Shown here piece after piece: positions 16,498-23,731 of a stretch of DNA of 27,309 nucleotides. Numbering within the stretch: the stretch's first letter is position 1; each line of letters opens with the position of its first letter. The stretch is from a virus. Its lineage: Duplodnaviria; Caudoviricetes. Location of the stretch: positions 1 to 27,309 of IMG/VR virus record IMGVR_UViG_3300020045_004931; one strand, 5' to 3'. A program made the translations under genes and the position numbers. The notes beneath the pieces are model-generated. The model was not told the origin of the DNA. It made no database searches and saw only the letters and a program-made list of their open reading frames with translations.

Positions 16498-16505
16498 CAA
16501 AGATA
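16498..16505 (-). promoter_or_regulatory. -7 box TATCTTTG, 4 nt before the portal ATG
   Basis: TATCTTTG-TTCT-ATGG, nearly identical to the site at 9501-9516. Confidence 0.55.
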
Positions 16506-16517
16506 TATAAAAATTTA

Positions 16518-17816
16518 TTACATAATGAAAAAAGCGGGTTTAAAGCAAAAATACATGCGCATCATCAAAGCATCCGAATAATCAGGAGATCGCCCTATTG
16601 ATTCCTTAACTTTTTCTTTTGATAATAATTGCAATTTACCATCACTGTCTATTTTATCCCTTTTAACTTGCTCCAACTCTTTTGACATTTCATCAATTAT
16701 ATTACCATCTTTGCAATTTACAAATATTTCTCCATTCTGTATCATTTCTGCTAACTTAAAATAACATTGTGTTTTTAAGTTTTGATATTGAACTATTTGG
16801 TTTTCAACTAACATAGGTTTTGAATTATTTACAAATCCTTTGCAACCTAAAATATCTACAACACCGCCACCTACTCCATCTTCATCAGCAATAATATTAG
16901 TTAAAGGAACTTTGTATTTTGTCGCTAAATCTTTGATAGCTTTTGCGGTTTCGGTAACGCTTGACTTTGCCAATGTGTAAATTTCAACAACCCTAAAACC
17001 AGACCAAACATTAATAACCATTTTATCACTACCAAAACGGGCAATATCAGCACTTATAAAATAATCTCCAAACGGGACGAAATCATTAGTGAATATGTTC
17101 TGTATCTTTTCGTAGTCTATCAGTTTTGCAGGATCATTATCATATTCCCAGTTTCCAAAATACAACCGTTGCTTTGAGTTTTCATCAAGTGATAATAATG
17201 ATTCTAAATAAGACTTTGGTAAGTGCGGATTATCTTTTGGTAAAGCTTGAATAAACTTCTTATCCTTGTCAATTGATTTATTTTTGTCTTTTAAATAAAA
17301 TTGTGCATAAACCCAATTTTTAGACGGGTTGCAAGTACCTAACATTTTAGGCATTATCCCAAGTTCTTTTATTTTATAACGAATACGTGATTTTACAATT
17401 TGCCAAGCTTTATAGGTAACTTGGTTGCATTCATCGATAAAAGCTCCTGTAATTTCCAAAGATCCCAAGCTGTCAAAATTTGGATCAGAAGGAAACGCAT
17501 ACAGATCTTTTAAAAGTATTTCAGATCCGTTTTTCCAGTAAATAATACCAGCCTGTCCGTTGTAGTTAAATTGGTCGGTTATTTTTAATTGTGATGCTAA
17601 TTCAAAGAAAGTGTTTAATGTTGTTTCTTTTAACGCTTTTAGTTTTGACCTACCCATCAGCCAACGAGTGCCTGGGTATTTTTGACATTGTTCAATTAAC
17701 CAAAGATTACCAAGTGCTGATTTACCACCTCCAGCTGCACCACCGTAAATCAACTCTTTTGTTTCGCTATCTTTTAAATAATAGACAGCATGTTCTTGTT
17801 TAGGTATTAGTCTCAT
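16518..17816 (-). CDS. terL: terminase large subunit
   Basis: Walker A YGGAAGGGKS, Walker B AFIDE, coupling motif TCNP, and RNase H-like nuclease motifs SADIARFGSD and SPDYSDALM. Confidence 0.95.
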   Translation of the reverse strand: MRLIPKQEHAVYYLKDSETKELIYGGAAGGGKSALGNLWLIEQCQKYPGTRWLMGRSKLKALKETTLNTFFELASQLKITDQFNYNGQAGIIYWKNGSEILLKDLYAFPSDPNFDSLGSLEITGAFIDECNQVTYKAWQIVKSRIRYKIKELGIMPKMLGTCNPSKNWVYAQFYLKDKNKSIDKDKKFIQALPKDNPHLPKSYLESLLSLDENSKQRLYFGNWEYDNDPAKLIDYEKIQNIFTNDFVPFGDYFISADIARFGSDKMVINVWSGFRVVEIYTLAKSSVTETAKAIKDLATKYKVPLTNIIADEDGVGGGVVDILGCKGFVNNSKPMLVENQIVQYQNLKTQCYFKLAEMIQNGEIFVNCKDGNIIDEMSKELEQVKRDKIDSDGKLQLLSKEKVKESIGRSPDYSDALMMRMYFCFKPAFFIM

Positions 17817-18252
17817 TTGGGTCAGTTCCGTTACCTAGTGAAATAATCGTAGTTTTTATTTCTCCTGAATGTTCGTTTTGAATCCTTTCTCCGTATTTTT
17901 TAGGATTGAGTTTAGATAGCGACCACTTTAAAGCGTCAATCTTTAATCTTCTGTGCCCCAACATATCGCCTGTAGTAATTTCTATTCCTCTTTCGGTTTC
18001 TTTTGTAGTCGTTCCTTCTTCAGTATTATAAGCAATATCAATTATTTCATCGAACAAAATATCTGTTCTTAAATCCGTTGCAAGTTCGTATCGTTTCGAT
18101 TTTAACTCATCTTCTTTTAGCCAAATAAAAAAAGTTGAACTACTTGGCATATTTTCATCCTCTTTCAAAATAGAACGTAAAGACCTTCCTGTTTCAATTT
18201 CTTCACAGATTTTGGTAAAAGTTATTTCTATTTCTTCTTGTGAGTAAGCCAT
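17800..18252 (-). CDS. terS: terminase small subunit (Sf6 gp1-like); start corrected to 18252
   Basis: GRSLRSIL…MPSSSTFFIWL HTH and RLKIDALKW.LSKLNPKKYG motifs. The track's first 26 codons coincide with a promoter and terminator hairpin. Confidence 0.88.
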   Translation of the reverse strand: MAYSQEEIEITFTKICEEIETGRSLRSILKEDENMPSSSTFFIWLKEDELKSKRYELATDLRTDILFDEIIDIAYNTEEGTTTKETERGIEITTGDMLGHRRLKIDALKWSLSKLNPKKYGERIQNEHSGEIKTTIISLGNGTDPNETNT

Positions 18253-18259
18253 ATAATTC

Positions 18260-18302
18260 AAAAAAACCGCTTTCAACCAAGGACACCCCAACCAAAAGCG
18301 GT
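18260..18302 (-). terminator. terminator-like hairpin in the terS leader
   Basis: ACCGCTTTT-GGTTGGGG-TGT-CCTTGGTT-GAAAGCGGT followed by T6, ending 7 nt before the ATG. Confidence 0.7.
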
Positions 18303-18327
18303 AAAAATTATTAGTAATTATGAATAG

Positions 18328-18335
18328 CAAATATA
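18328..18335 (-). promoter_or_regulatory. -7 box TATATTTG, candidate late promoter
   Basis: Matches TAnnTTTG in the intergenic region upstream of terS. Confidence 0.6.
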
Positions 18336-18362
18336 ATTGATTGGATTGGATTGTGCAAATAT

Positions 18363-18680
18363 TTATTCAATGATATAAATTTGACAGCTTCTACTTGTAG
18401 GCTTAAATGTTCCATCGTTTATTCTGTTTTCAATAACATCTCCATCGTGAGGTTTTATTTTGCATTTGACCGCATAATGTATTTGACAGCCAGCAACAAC
18501 AATAAAGTTTTCTTCCCTGCCAACTTTAGCAAACCAATTAGAGCTTCTAACGTTTGTTTTAATTCCTAAAATAGCATCGCTTACTATTTCTACATTCCCC
18601 CATACGGCATTATATTGCTTTCCATCTGGAGCATAAAACCAGTTGTCTGTTGTTATTAGGTAATTTCCTGTCATAATCAT
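18363..18680 (-). CDS. hypothetical phage protein
   Basis: 105-aa ORF with YLITTDNWFYAPDGKQY.AVWG and AGCQIHYAV. Function unknown. Confidence 0.75.
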   Translation of the reverse strand: MIMTGNYLITTDNWFYAPDGKQYNAVWGNVEIVSDAILGIKTNVRSSNWFAKVGREENFIVVAGCQIHYAVKCKIKPHDGDVIENRINDGTFKPTSRSCQIYIIE

Positions 18681-18687
18681 TTATTAT

Positions 18688-18774
18688 TTAAGTTAAAAAT
18701 TTCGTTTGCTTTTCAGCACCTCTACGCCATTCATTGTGACGCTTCAATATCTTTATTGCTTCTTTTAGTTTCAT
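18688..18774 (-). CDS. very short ORF, 28 aa; possibly a truncated remnant
   Basis: MKLKEAIKILKRHNEWRRGAEKQTKFLT*, with an ATGA overlap with the upstream ORF. Confidence 0.45.
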   Translation of the reverse strand: MKLKEAIKILKRHNEWRRGAEKQTKFLT

Positions 18775-18905
18775 AGTTTTATTTGTTTGGTGTTATTGAA
18801 AAATTCAATCAACTCTCTCATTGCTTGTAATTGCTTTTTATTATAAGGCTTTGAATATTTGGCTTTTTTTGGCTTTTTGTTCTTGTGAATTTTAAAGTAG
18901 TTCAT
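18771..18905 (-). CDS. small basic hypothetical protein, 44 aa
   Basis: MNYFKIHKNKKPKKAKYSKPYNKKQLQAMRELIEFFNNTKQIKL*. It fills the gap and its stop overlaps the next ATG. Confidence 0.5.
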   Translation of the reverse strand: MNYFKIHKNKKPKKAKYSKPYNKKQLQAMRELIEFFNNTKQIKL

Positions 18906-18946
18906 AAATTTATTTTTTAGTGATTAATGTTTTGTTGGTTTTTTGG

Positions 18947-20587
18947 TTATATTTTAAGTTTTGTCCTTAATTCATTTTGTCTTTCTGGTAATTCATAAAT
19001 TCTATTTTTAATAAAATACCCCTCATCTGAAAAATCAATGTTATTTTCAACGTGTTCAATCGATTTATAAACATCATAAACACTTTCACAAATAAAGAAT
19101 AAAACATTATTTCGCATCATTTCTGGAAGAGTTTCTTGTTGGTGTTTGGTTAATTTTCCATACTTCATTTTTAATTCAAGTCCAAAGTAAAATGATGTTT
19201 TTTTATAATAAACCGCATTGTCTGGTAGTCCGTTTTTAGATGCAAAATGTACCCATCTATTTTCAATGTAAGCTTTTCCGCTGTTTTGCCTCCAGTAAAA
19301 ATAACCTGTTTTTTCTAAAAAATTATTTACATCTTCTTGAAGTTCGGCTTCCTTTTGATAAATTTTGCCATCATACAAATCCAATAAAGAACCGATTCTT
19401 TTAAGAAATATTTGTTTTTCTTCTGTAATCATATTTGACAAATTTTGTCTAATATCATTTGAAACATCTAAATTCATTTCTCGATCAATAACACGTGAAA
19501 TCTTTTTGCCAAATACTAATTCTTTTCTATCTGTTGGTAATCCGTGCTCTTCAACGCATCCACAACAATCTAATAAGATACAATCTGATTTTCCGTTTGA
19601 AATTGATTCTTCAATAGTCTTACCAAGCAATCTAATACCTCTTCCGCATATCTGAATGTATTTTTTCCAAGATTTAGTTGGACACGCAATAATAACACAT
19701 TTTACCGTCGGGTCATCAAAACCTGCAGTTAGTATTTCAATCGAAATTAATCCTTTTGAAATTCCTTTAGCGTATCTTTCGTAAATTAAATCACGATTTT
19801 TTTTAGAAGTGTCTGCGGTTATAACATCTGTTATAATTCCTTTTAATTCAAATTCTTTTTGTAACTCAAAACAGTGTAATTTATTCACTCCAAAACAAAT
19901 AAACTTTCTTTGTTCTCCAAGTTCAATATATTTTTCAATTATTGATTTATTTATATCCTGTTTTACTATTTCTTCATTTACACTTTTTTCTTGATAGTCT
20001 TTTGTGTTTGAAGATATTTTAACATTCGACAAATCAAAATTAACTGGAGAATAAATTTTAAAAGGAGTTAACCAGCCTAAATTAATTAAGTCAATTGTCT
20101 GATAGTCATCAATTATAGAATCAAATCCATCTAACAAAAAATCTTTATTATCAACTGGAGTTGCCGAAAGTCCTAAAAAAATTGCCTTTGGAAATCTTGT
20201 AAATAAGTTTTGAATAAATCCGCTTTCGAATCCAAAATGAACTTCATCTATAATTATTATTTTTGGTTCTGCAATATCAGTATTTGTAAGTGTTTGAATA
20301 GTAGCTACCAGTAATTCGTAGTCTTCAAAATAACCCTCACTATTTCCTTGTAAAAAACTCGGTTTTAAGCTTTCGAATTTATCCCTTGATTGTTCGGCTA
20401 GTCCAATACGATGTGAAGTAAACAAAACCCTATTTTTTTTAACTATTGCATCTTTGCAAATCTGATAAGACAAAATAGTTTTTCCGTAACCAGTTGGAGC
20501 ATTTATTAAAATTCGTTTATGTCCTTTTCTTAATTCGTCTTTTATTTTATTATAGACATTTGTTTGTGGCTCTCTTAATTGGTACAT
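18947..20587 (-). CDS. SF2 (DExH) helicase with C-terminal VRR-NUC-like PD-(D/E)xK nuclease domain
   Basis: APTGYGKT, IIIDEVH, LSATP, LTAGFD and QICGRGIR motifs. The C-terminal region has E..LQ…GLPD…LELKMKYGKLTKHQ. Confidence 0.85.
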   Translation of the reverse strand: MYQLREPQTNVYNKIKDELRKGHKRILINAPTGYGKTILSYQICKDAIVKKNRVLFTSHRIGLAEQSRDKFESLKPSFLQGNSEGYFEDYELLVATIQTLTNTDIAEPKIIIIDEVHFGFESGFIQNLFTRFPKAIFLGLSATPVDNKDFLLDGFDSIIDDYQTIDLINLGWLTPFKIYSPVNFDLSNVKISSNTKDYQEKSVNEEIVKQDINKSIIEKYIELGEQRKFICFGVNKLHCFELQKEFELKGIITDVITADTSKKNRDLIYERYAKGISKGLISIEILTAGFDDPTVKCVIIACPTKSWKKYIQICGRGIRLLGKTIEESISNGKSDCILLDCCGCVEEHGLPTDRKELVFGKKISRVIDREMNLDVSNDIRQNLSNMITEEKQIFLKRIGSLLDLYDGKIYQKEAELQEDVNNFLEKTGYFYWRQNSGKAYIENRWVHFASKNGLPDNAVYYKKTSFYFGLELKMKYGKLTKHQQETLPEMMRNNVLFFICESVYDVYKSIEHVENNIDFSDEGYFIKNRIYELPERQNELRTKLKI

Positions 20588-20589
20588 TT

Positions 20590-20730
20590 TTAATTTAGAT
20601 TTATTATGAATAATTTGTATCGTTTAATATATTCCATTTCTATTTCAAGAAACATTTGTAATGAAATTTTACCGTCAATGAATAAGTTACAATGATTGTC
20701 GTAGGTTCTTAAAAGTAAATTGTATTCCAT
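20590..20730 (-). CDS. hypothetical protein, 46 aa (not in ORF track)
   Basis: MEYNLLLRTYDNHCNLFIDGKISLQMFLEIEMEYIKRYKLFIINLN*, ending 2 nt before the helicase start. Confidence 0.55.
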   Translation of the reverse strand: MEYNLLLRTYDNHCNLFIDGKISLQMFLEIEMEYIKRYKLFIINLN

Positions 20731-20742
20731 TTTTAAATTTTA

Positions 20743-20985
20743 TTACTGTGCACCGTGCACACCTCGTGCACACCTATTTTGCGCACCTAAATCCTAATGT
20801 TTTCAATACTTAACAAGCTTTTTTACTGTGCATGCACACCTAAACATGTAAAACGATATTTTTTTTAAAATATTTTTTTTATTTCTATTTTAGTCGTGCA
20901 CATGTGCATGCACACCTAAAATCATTGTAAAGCATTGTCTTTATTGGTTTTTTACTGTGAATCCGACTGCGCAATTGGGTGTGCA
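20743..20985. repeat. iteron-like repeat cluster, candidate replication origin
   Basis: TGCACACCT at 20756, 20767, 20833 and 20909; variant TGCGCACCT at 20780; inverted GGGTGTGCA at 20977. TTACTGTG at 20743, 20823 and 20952. A nearly pure A/T tract spans ~20856-20892. Confidence 0.7.
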
Positions 20986-23297
20986 TTTTCGAACTCTTTA
21001 CACCAATTTTGCACACTTCGACGTGAAATTCCTAAAAGTTCTGCTGTTTCGCTTCTATTAAAGTCTTTTTTGCTTTTCCATATTTCGTGAAGCTTTTCTT
21101 TTTCGGATTTTCCTTTGTGTTGACCTAAAGTGTTTTTTAATTTTCCAACCTCAACTGCATTTATTTTTATTTTCTTTGCAGTAGCAACAAAGTACTTGCT
21201 TAATTTTTCGGCTTTTAATACGCTTTCTTTTGAAATCAATAAACTGTTTCGTTTTTCATCCTCTGGTCTGAAAAATTCGTCAAACGTATGAATCAGACAA
21301 GAAAATCTAGGAATGTAAGATTTTTGTTTTGGAAGCATTGACTTAAGATATTCATTTTCGTTTTCATCATTTTGAACTACTGATAATTCATTGAAAATCC
21401 TAATCCATTCAACTTTTGCTTCATCAGTAAATTTAGCCGTTAACGATATGATTTCATCATCTGAATTTCTTTTTATGATTGACTTCAAAGTATCATAAAA
21501 CATAATGATTGATTCTTTATACCATTTTAAAGTGTCCTCGTTCATTTCTTGCTCGTTGTATGAATCAATTTTTAAATCAGGAAAAGATAAAAGCATCCTA
21601 TCCATAAATCCATTGTCTTTATTTTCGTCTGTATAAAATGAATTAAAAATACTCGGTTGAATTCCTCCAAGGACTGGGATCAAAGGTTTTTCAACAAAAG
21701 AGCCTTTACGGGTTAAACGGTTAAGGTTAACAGATTTTCCGCTCCAAGTCGATAGCCAAAACTCTAAATCAGAACCCTCTCGATATTTATTCATATCTTT
21801 TAACCATCCTGCCAATTCGTCTTTAAAAACCCCTACTGCGTTGTCGTTTTCTTGGTGCAAATCTACCAAGGCTTCTAATGTAATATCGTTAGCTATGAAC
21901 TGCGATTTTCGAGGTTCTTTTACCTCTGGATAATCCTCTTTTTCTTTTTTAGATAACTTTTCGTAGAACTCGAATTTTTCACGCTCTTTGATATATGTCT
22001 TGATTTCCTTGGCATTTATTTTAGCAAGTGGAAAAATGACGTTTGAAATACTTGGAGTTTTTCCAAGTCCAGCCTTCCCAACGATTGAAATCCAAACCGT
22101 TAAATTTTCAATCCAGCCTTTTTTTACCTCAACATTTATAGAGTTACCAACGCATACAGAAATAAGCCAAAGTAACGAACAACCCATATAATCAATAGAA
22201 CTATCCAAAGTTTTATTACATTCAATTAAATAAGCTTGAATGTCTTTTGGAAACACATCAATTGGAAAAACCAAATCTTGTTTATTTATAATCGTAATCG
22301 GTTCTTCATTTGCAACTGGGATATTTTTCTTGAGTTCGTTTACGATTCTTTTTAAACGGCTGCCATATCCTTTTTCATAAAGTTCTTTGGTGCTTTCCTT
22401 GAAATCTGAATTATGATTTTTTATTGTATAAGCAGAAAAAGGAGTTATCAATTTTTCGTGTGGATAAATAGTACCCGTTGAAAATAAATACATAAATCCA
22501 GTATCTTTAAAAACATATCCAGAATGTGGAGAAGTTGCCCCGTGTCTTTTAATTACGTATTTTTTTGAAAGATTACCAACAATTGAAAAATCATCATTTA
22601 TGGTTTCGAAAATGTCGTGTTTAGAATTGTAATCATCCCAAGGCGTTATTTCTCCTTCTGAATATTCAACTTTTTTCTTTACTGGATCAATTGTTTTTTC
22701 TTCAATGTGATTGTACATTTTAGAAAAACTCATTATTACAAATCTGTCTTCGTCTGAAATAAAGTCAATTTGATGGTAACTTTTTTTAGAAACCTGATTG
22801 TCGGGATAAACAAAAATATAACCGCCAATACCACGGGTTTCAATAATAGCTTCTTTATGTCCTTTAAGTTTAGCTAATTTTAAATTACCTTCAATTCGTT
22901 TCGATTTATAAAGCAAGTGATACCCTGCATTTCGTGTTTTATAGATTACAATCTTGTCTTCAAAATCTAAAATGTTATCCGATAAATAACCAATGTATTC
23001 ATCCCAAAATTCCTTTTGTTCTTTTGCGGTTGAGAAAACTTTTAAATCAACGTCAACACACTCTAAATAATCAAATCCTGTAACTATTCCGAAACGGTCT
23101 GTCTTTGGTATTTCGTGAATTACTCCATCCTTATCTGCCCAAGTTTTACCACCTTTATAATTATATTTTTCTATAAAAGAATTCCAAGACTGTTTTTCAG
23201 TTTGGCATTTTTTCCAAGTAAAGTTCGGTATTTTATTATCTGAAACGGTAATTAAAGAAAAATTGTCGTAGAATAATTTTAGCTTATTTTCTTCCAT
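20952..23297 (-). CDS. replication protein: Prim-Pol (AEP) domain + DUF3987/YfjI-like P-loop domain + C-terminal HTH
   Basis: VDVD, KTRNAGYHL and ETRGIGGY (Prim-Pol); VGKAGLGKT, DITLEAL, DELAGW and GFMDR (DUF3987); RSETAELLGISRRSVQNW (HTH). Confidence 0.85.
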   Translation of the reverse strand: MEENKLKLFYDNFSLITVSDNKIPNFTWKKCQTEKQSWNSFIEKYNYKGGKTWADKDGVIHEIPKTDRFGIVTGFDYLECVDVDLKVFSTAKEQKEFWDEYIGYLSDNILDFEDKIVIYKTRNAGYHLLYKSKRIEGNLKLAKLKGHKEAIIETRGIGGYIFVYPDNQVSKKSYHQIDFISDEDRFVIMSFSKMYNHIEEKTIDPVKKKVEYSEGEITPWDDYNSKHDIFETINDDFSIVGNLSKKYVIKRHGATSPHSGYVFKDTGFMYLFSTGTIYPHEKLITPFSAYTIKNHNSDFKESTKELYEKGYGSRLKRIVNELKKNIPVANEEPITIINKQDLVFPIDVFPKDIQAYLIECNKTLDSSIDYMGCSLLWLISVCVGNSINVEVKKGWIENLTVWISIVGKAGLGKTPSISNVIFPLAKINAKEIKTYIKEREKFEFYEKLSKKEKEDYPEVKEPRKSQFIANDITLEALVDLHQENDNAVGVFKDELAGWLKDMNKYREGSDLEFWLSTWSGKSVNLNRLTRKGSFVEKPLIPVLGGIQPSIFNSFYTDENKDNGFMDRMLLSFPDLKIDSYNEQEMNEDTLKWYKESIIMFYDTLKSIIKRNSDDEIISLTAKFTDEAKVEWIRIFNELSVVQNDENENEYLKSMLPKQKSYIPRFSCLIHTFDEFFRPEDEKRNSLLISKESVLKAEKLSKYFVATAKKIKINAVEVGKLKNTLGQHKGKSEKEKLHEIWKSKKDFNRSETAELLGISRRSVQNWCKEFENAHPIAQSDSQ

Positions 23298-23345
23298 AGT
23301 ATTGTTTAAAATTTTAATTTCTTACTAATTAATTCAAATAAAAAA

Positions 23346-23510
23346 TTACTTAAGTTTTTCTATTAAGAAAATTTCCGAAACTTTCCAATTGTGATTTGAA
23401 ATTCTAACGTACAAAGTCGGCTTTGTTATGCCTATTTTTTTTACCAATTCTTCATCAGTAAAAGATAGTCGAAGCCTTTGTACTTTTGATGTTGCCTCTA
23501 ATTTTGTCAT
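23346..23510 (-). CDS. small HTH (Cro-like) DNA-binding protein, 54 aa (not in ORF track)
   Basis: MTKLEATSKVQRLRLSFTDEELVKKIGITKPTLYVRISNHNWKVSEIFLIEKLK*. The EL.KKIGITKPTLY segment forms an HTH. Confidence 0.75.
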   Translation of the reverse strand: MTKLEATSKVQRLRLSFTDEELVKKIGITKPTLYVRISNHNWKVSEIFLIEKLK

Positions 23511-23542
23511 AATTTATTATTTATTTTTTTACTAAATTTTTC

Positions 23543-23571
23543 AAAACAAAAGCCAATAATTAAACTGGCTT
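23543..23571 (-). terminator. terminator-like hairpin between the promoter box and the HTH gene
   Basis: AAGCCAGT-TTAATT-ATTGGCTT followed by TTGTTTT. Confidence 0.45.
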
Positions 23572-23582
23572 ATTTTGTTCTA

Positions 23583-23590
23583 CAAATATA
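23583..23590 (-). promoter_or_regulatory. -7 box TATATTTG upstream of the HTH/primase genes
   Basis: Matches TAnnTTTG in the intergenic gap. Confidence 0.55.
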
Positions 23591-23596
23591 GTTAAT

Positions 23597-23731
23597 TTAT
23601 TCAATCCCAAACCATATATAATCAATTTTCTTTTTAATTTCTCTAGCTTTTTCTTTGTCGATTTGCATTAATCTACGGTATTCTTTTTCGAGGTCTTCGA
23701 TGGTTGGTTGTTTTGTTTTTTGTTTCGCCAT
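23597..23731 (-). CDS. hypothetical protein, 44 aa (not in ORF track)
   Basis: MAKQKTKQPTIEDLEKEYRRLMQIDKEKAREIKKKIDYIWFGIE*, with a TAATG overlap with the MTase stop. Confidence 0.6.
   Translation of the reverse strand: MAKQKTKQPTIEDLEKEYRRLMQIDKEKAREIKKKIDYIWFGIE

Noticed and set aside
20743-20985. Possible CRISPR array
   Set aside because: Repeats are only 8-9 nt with irregular spacing, there are no 30-40 nt unique spacers, and no cas genes. An iteron interpretation fits better.
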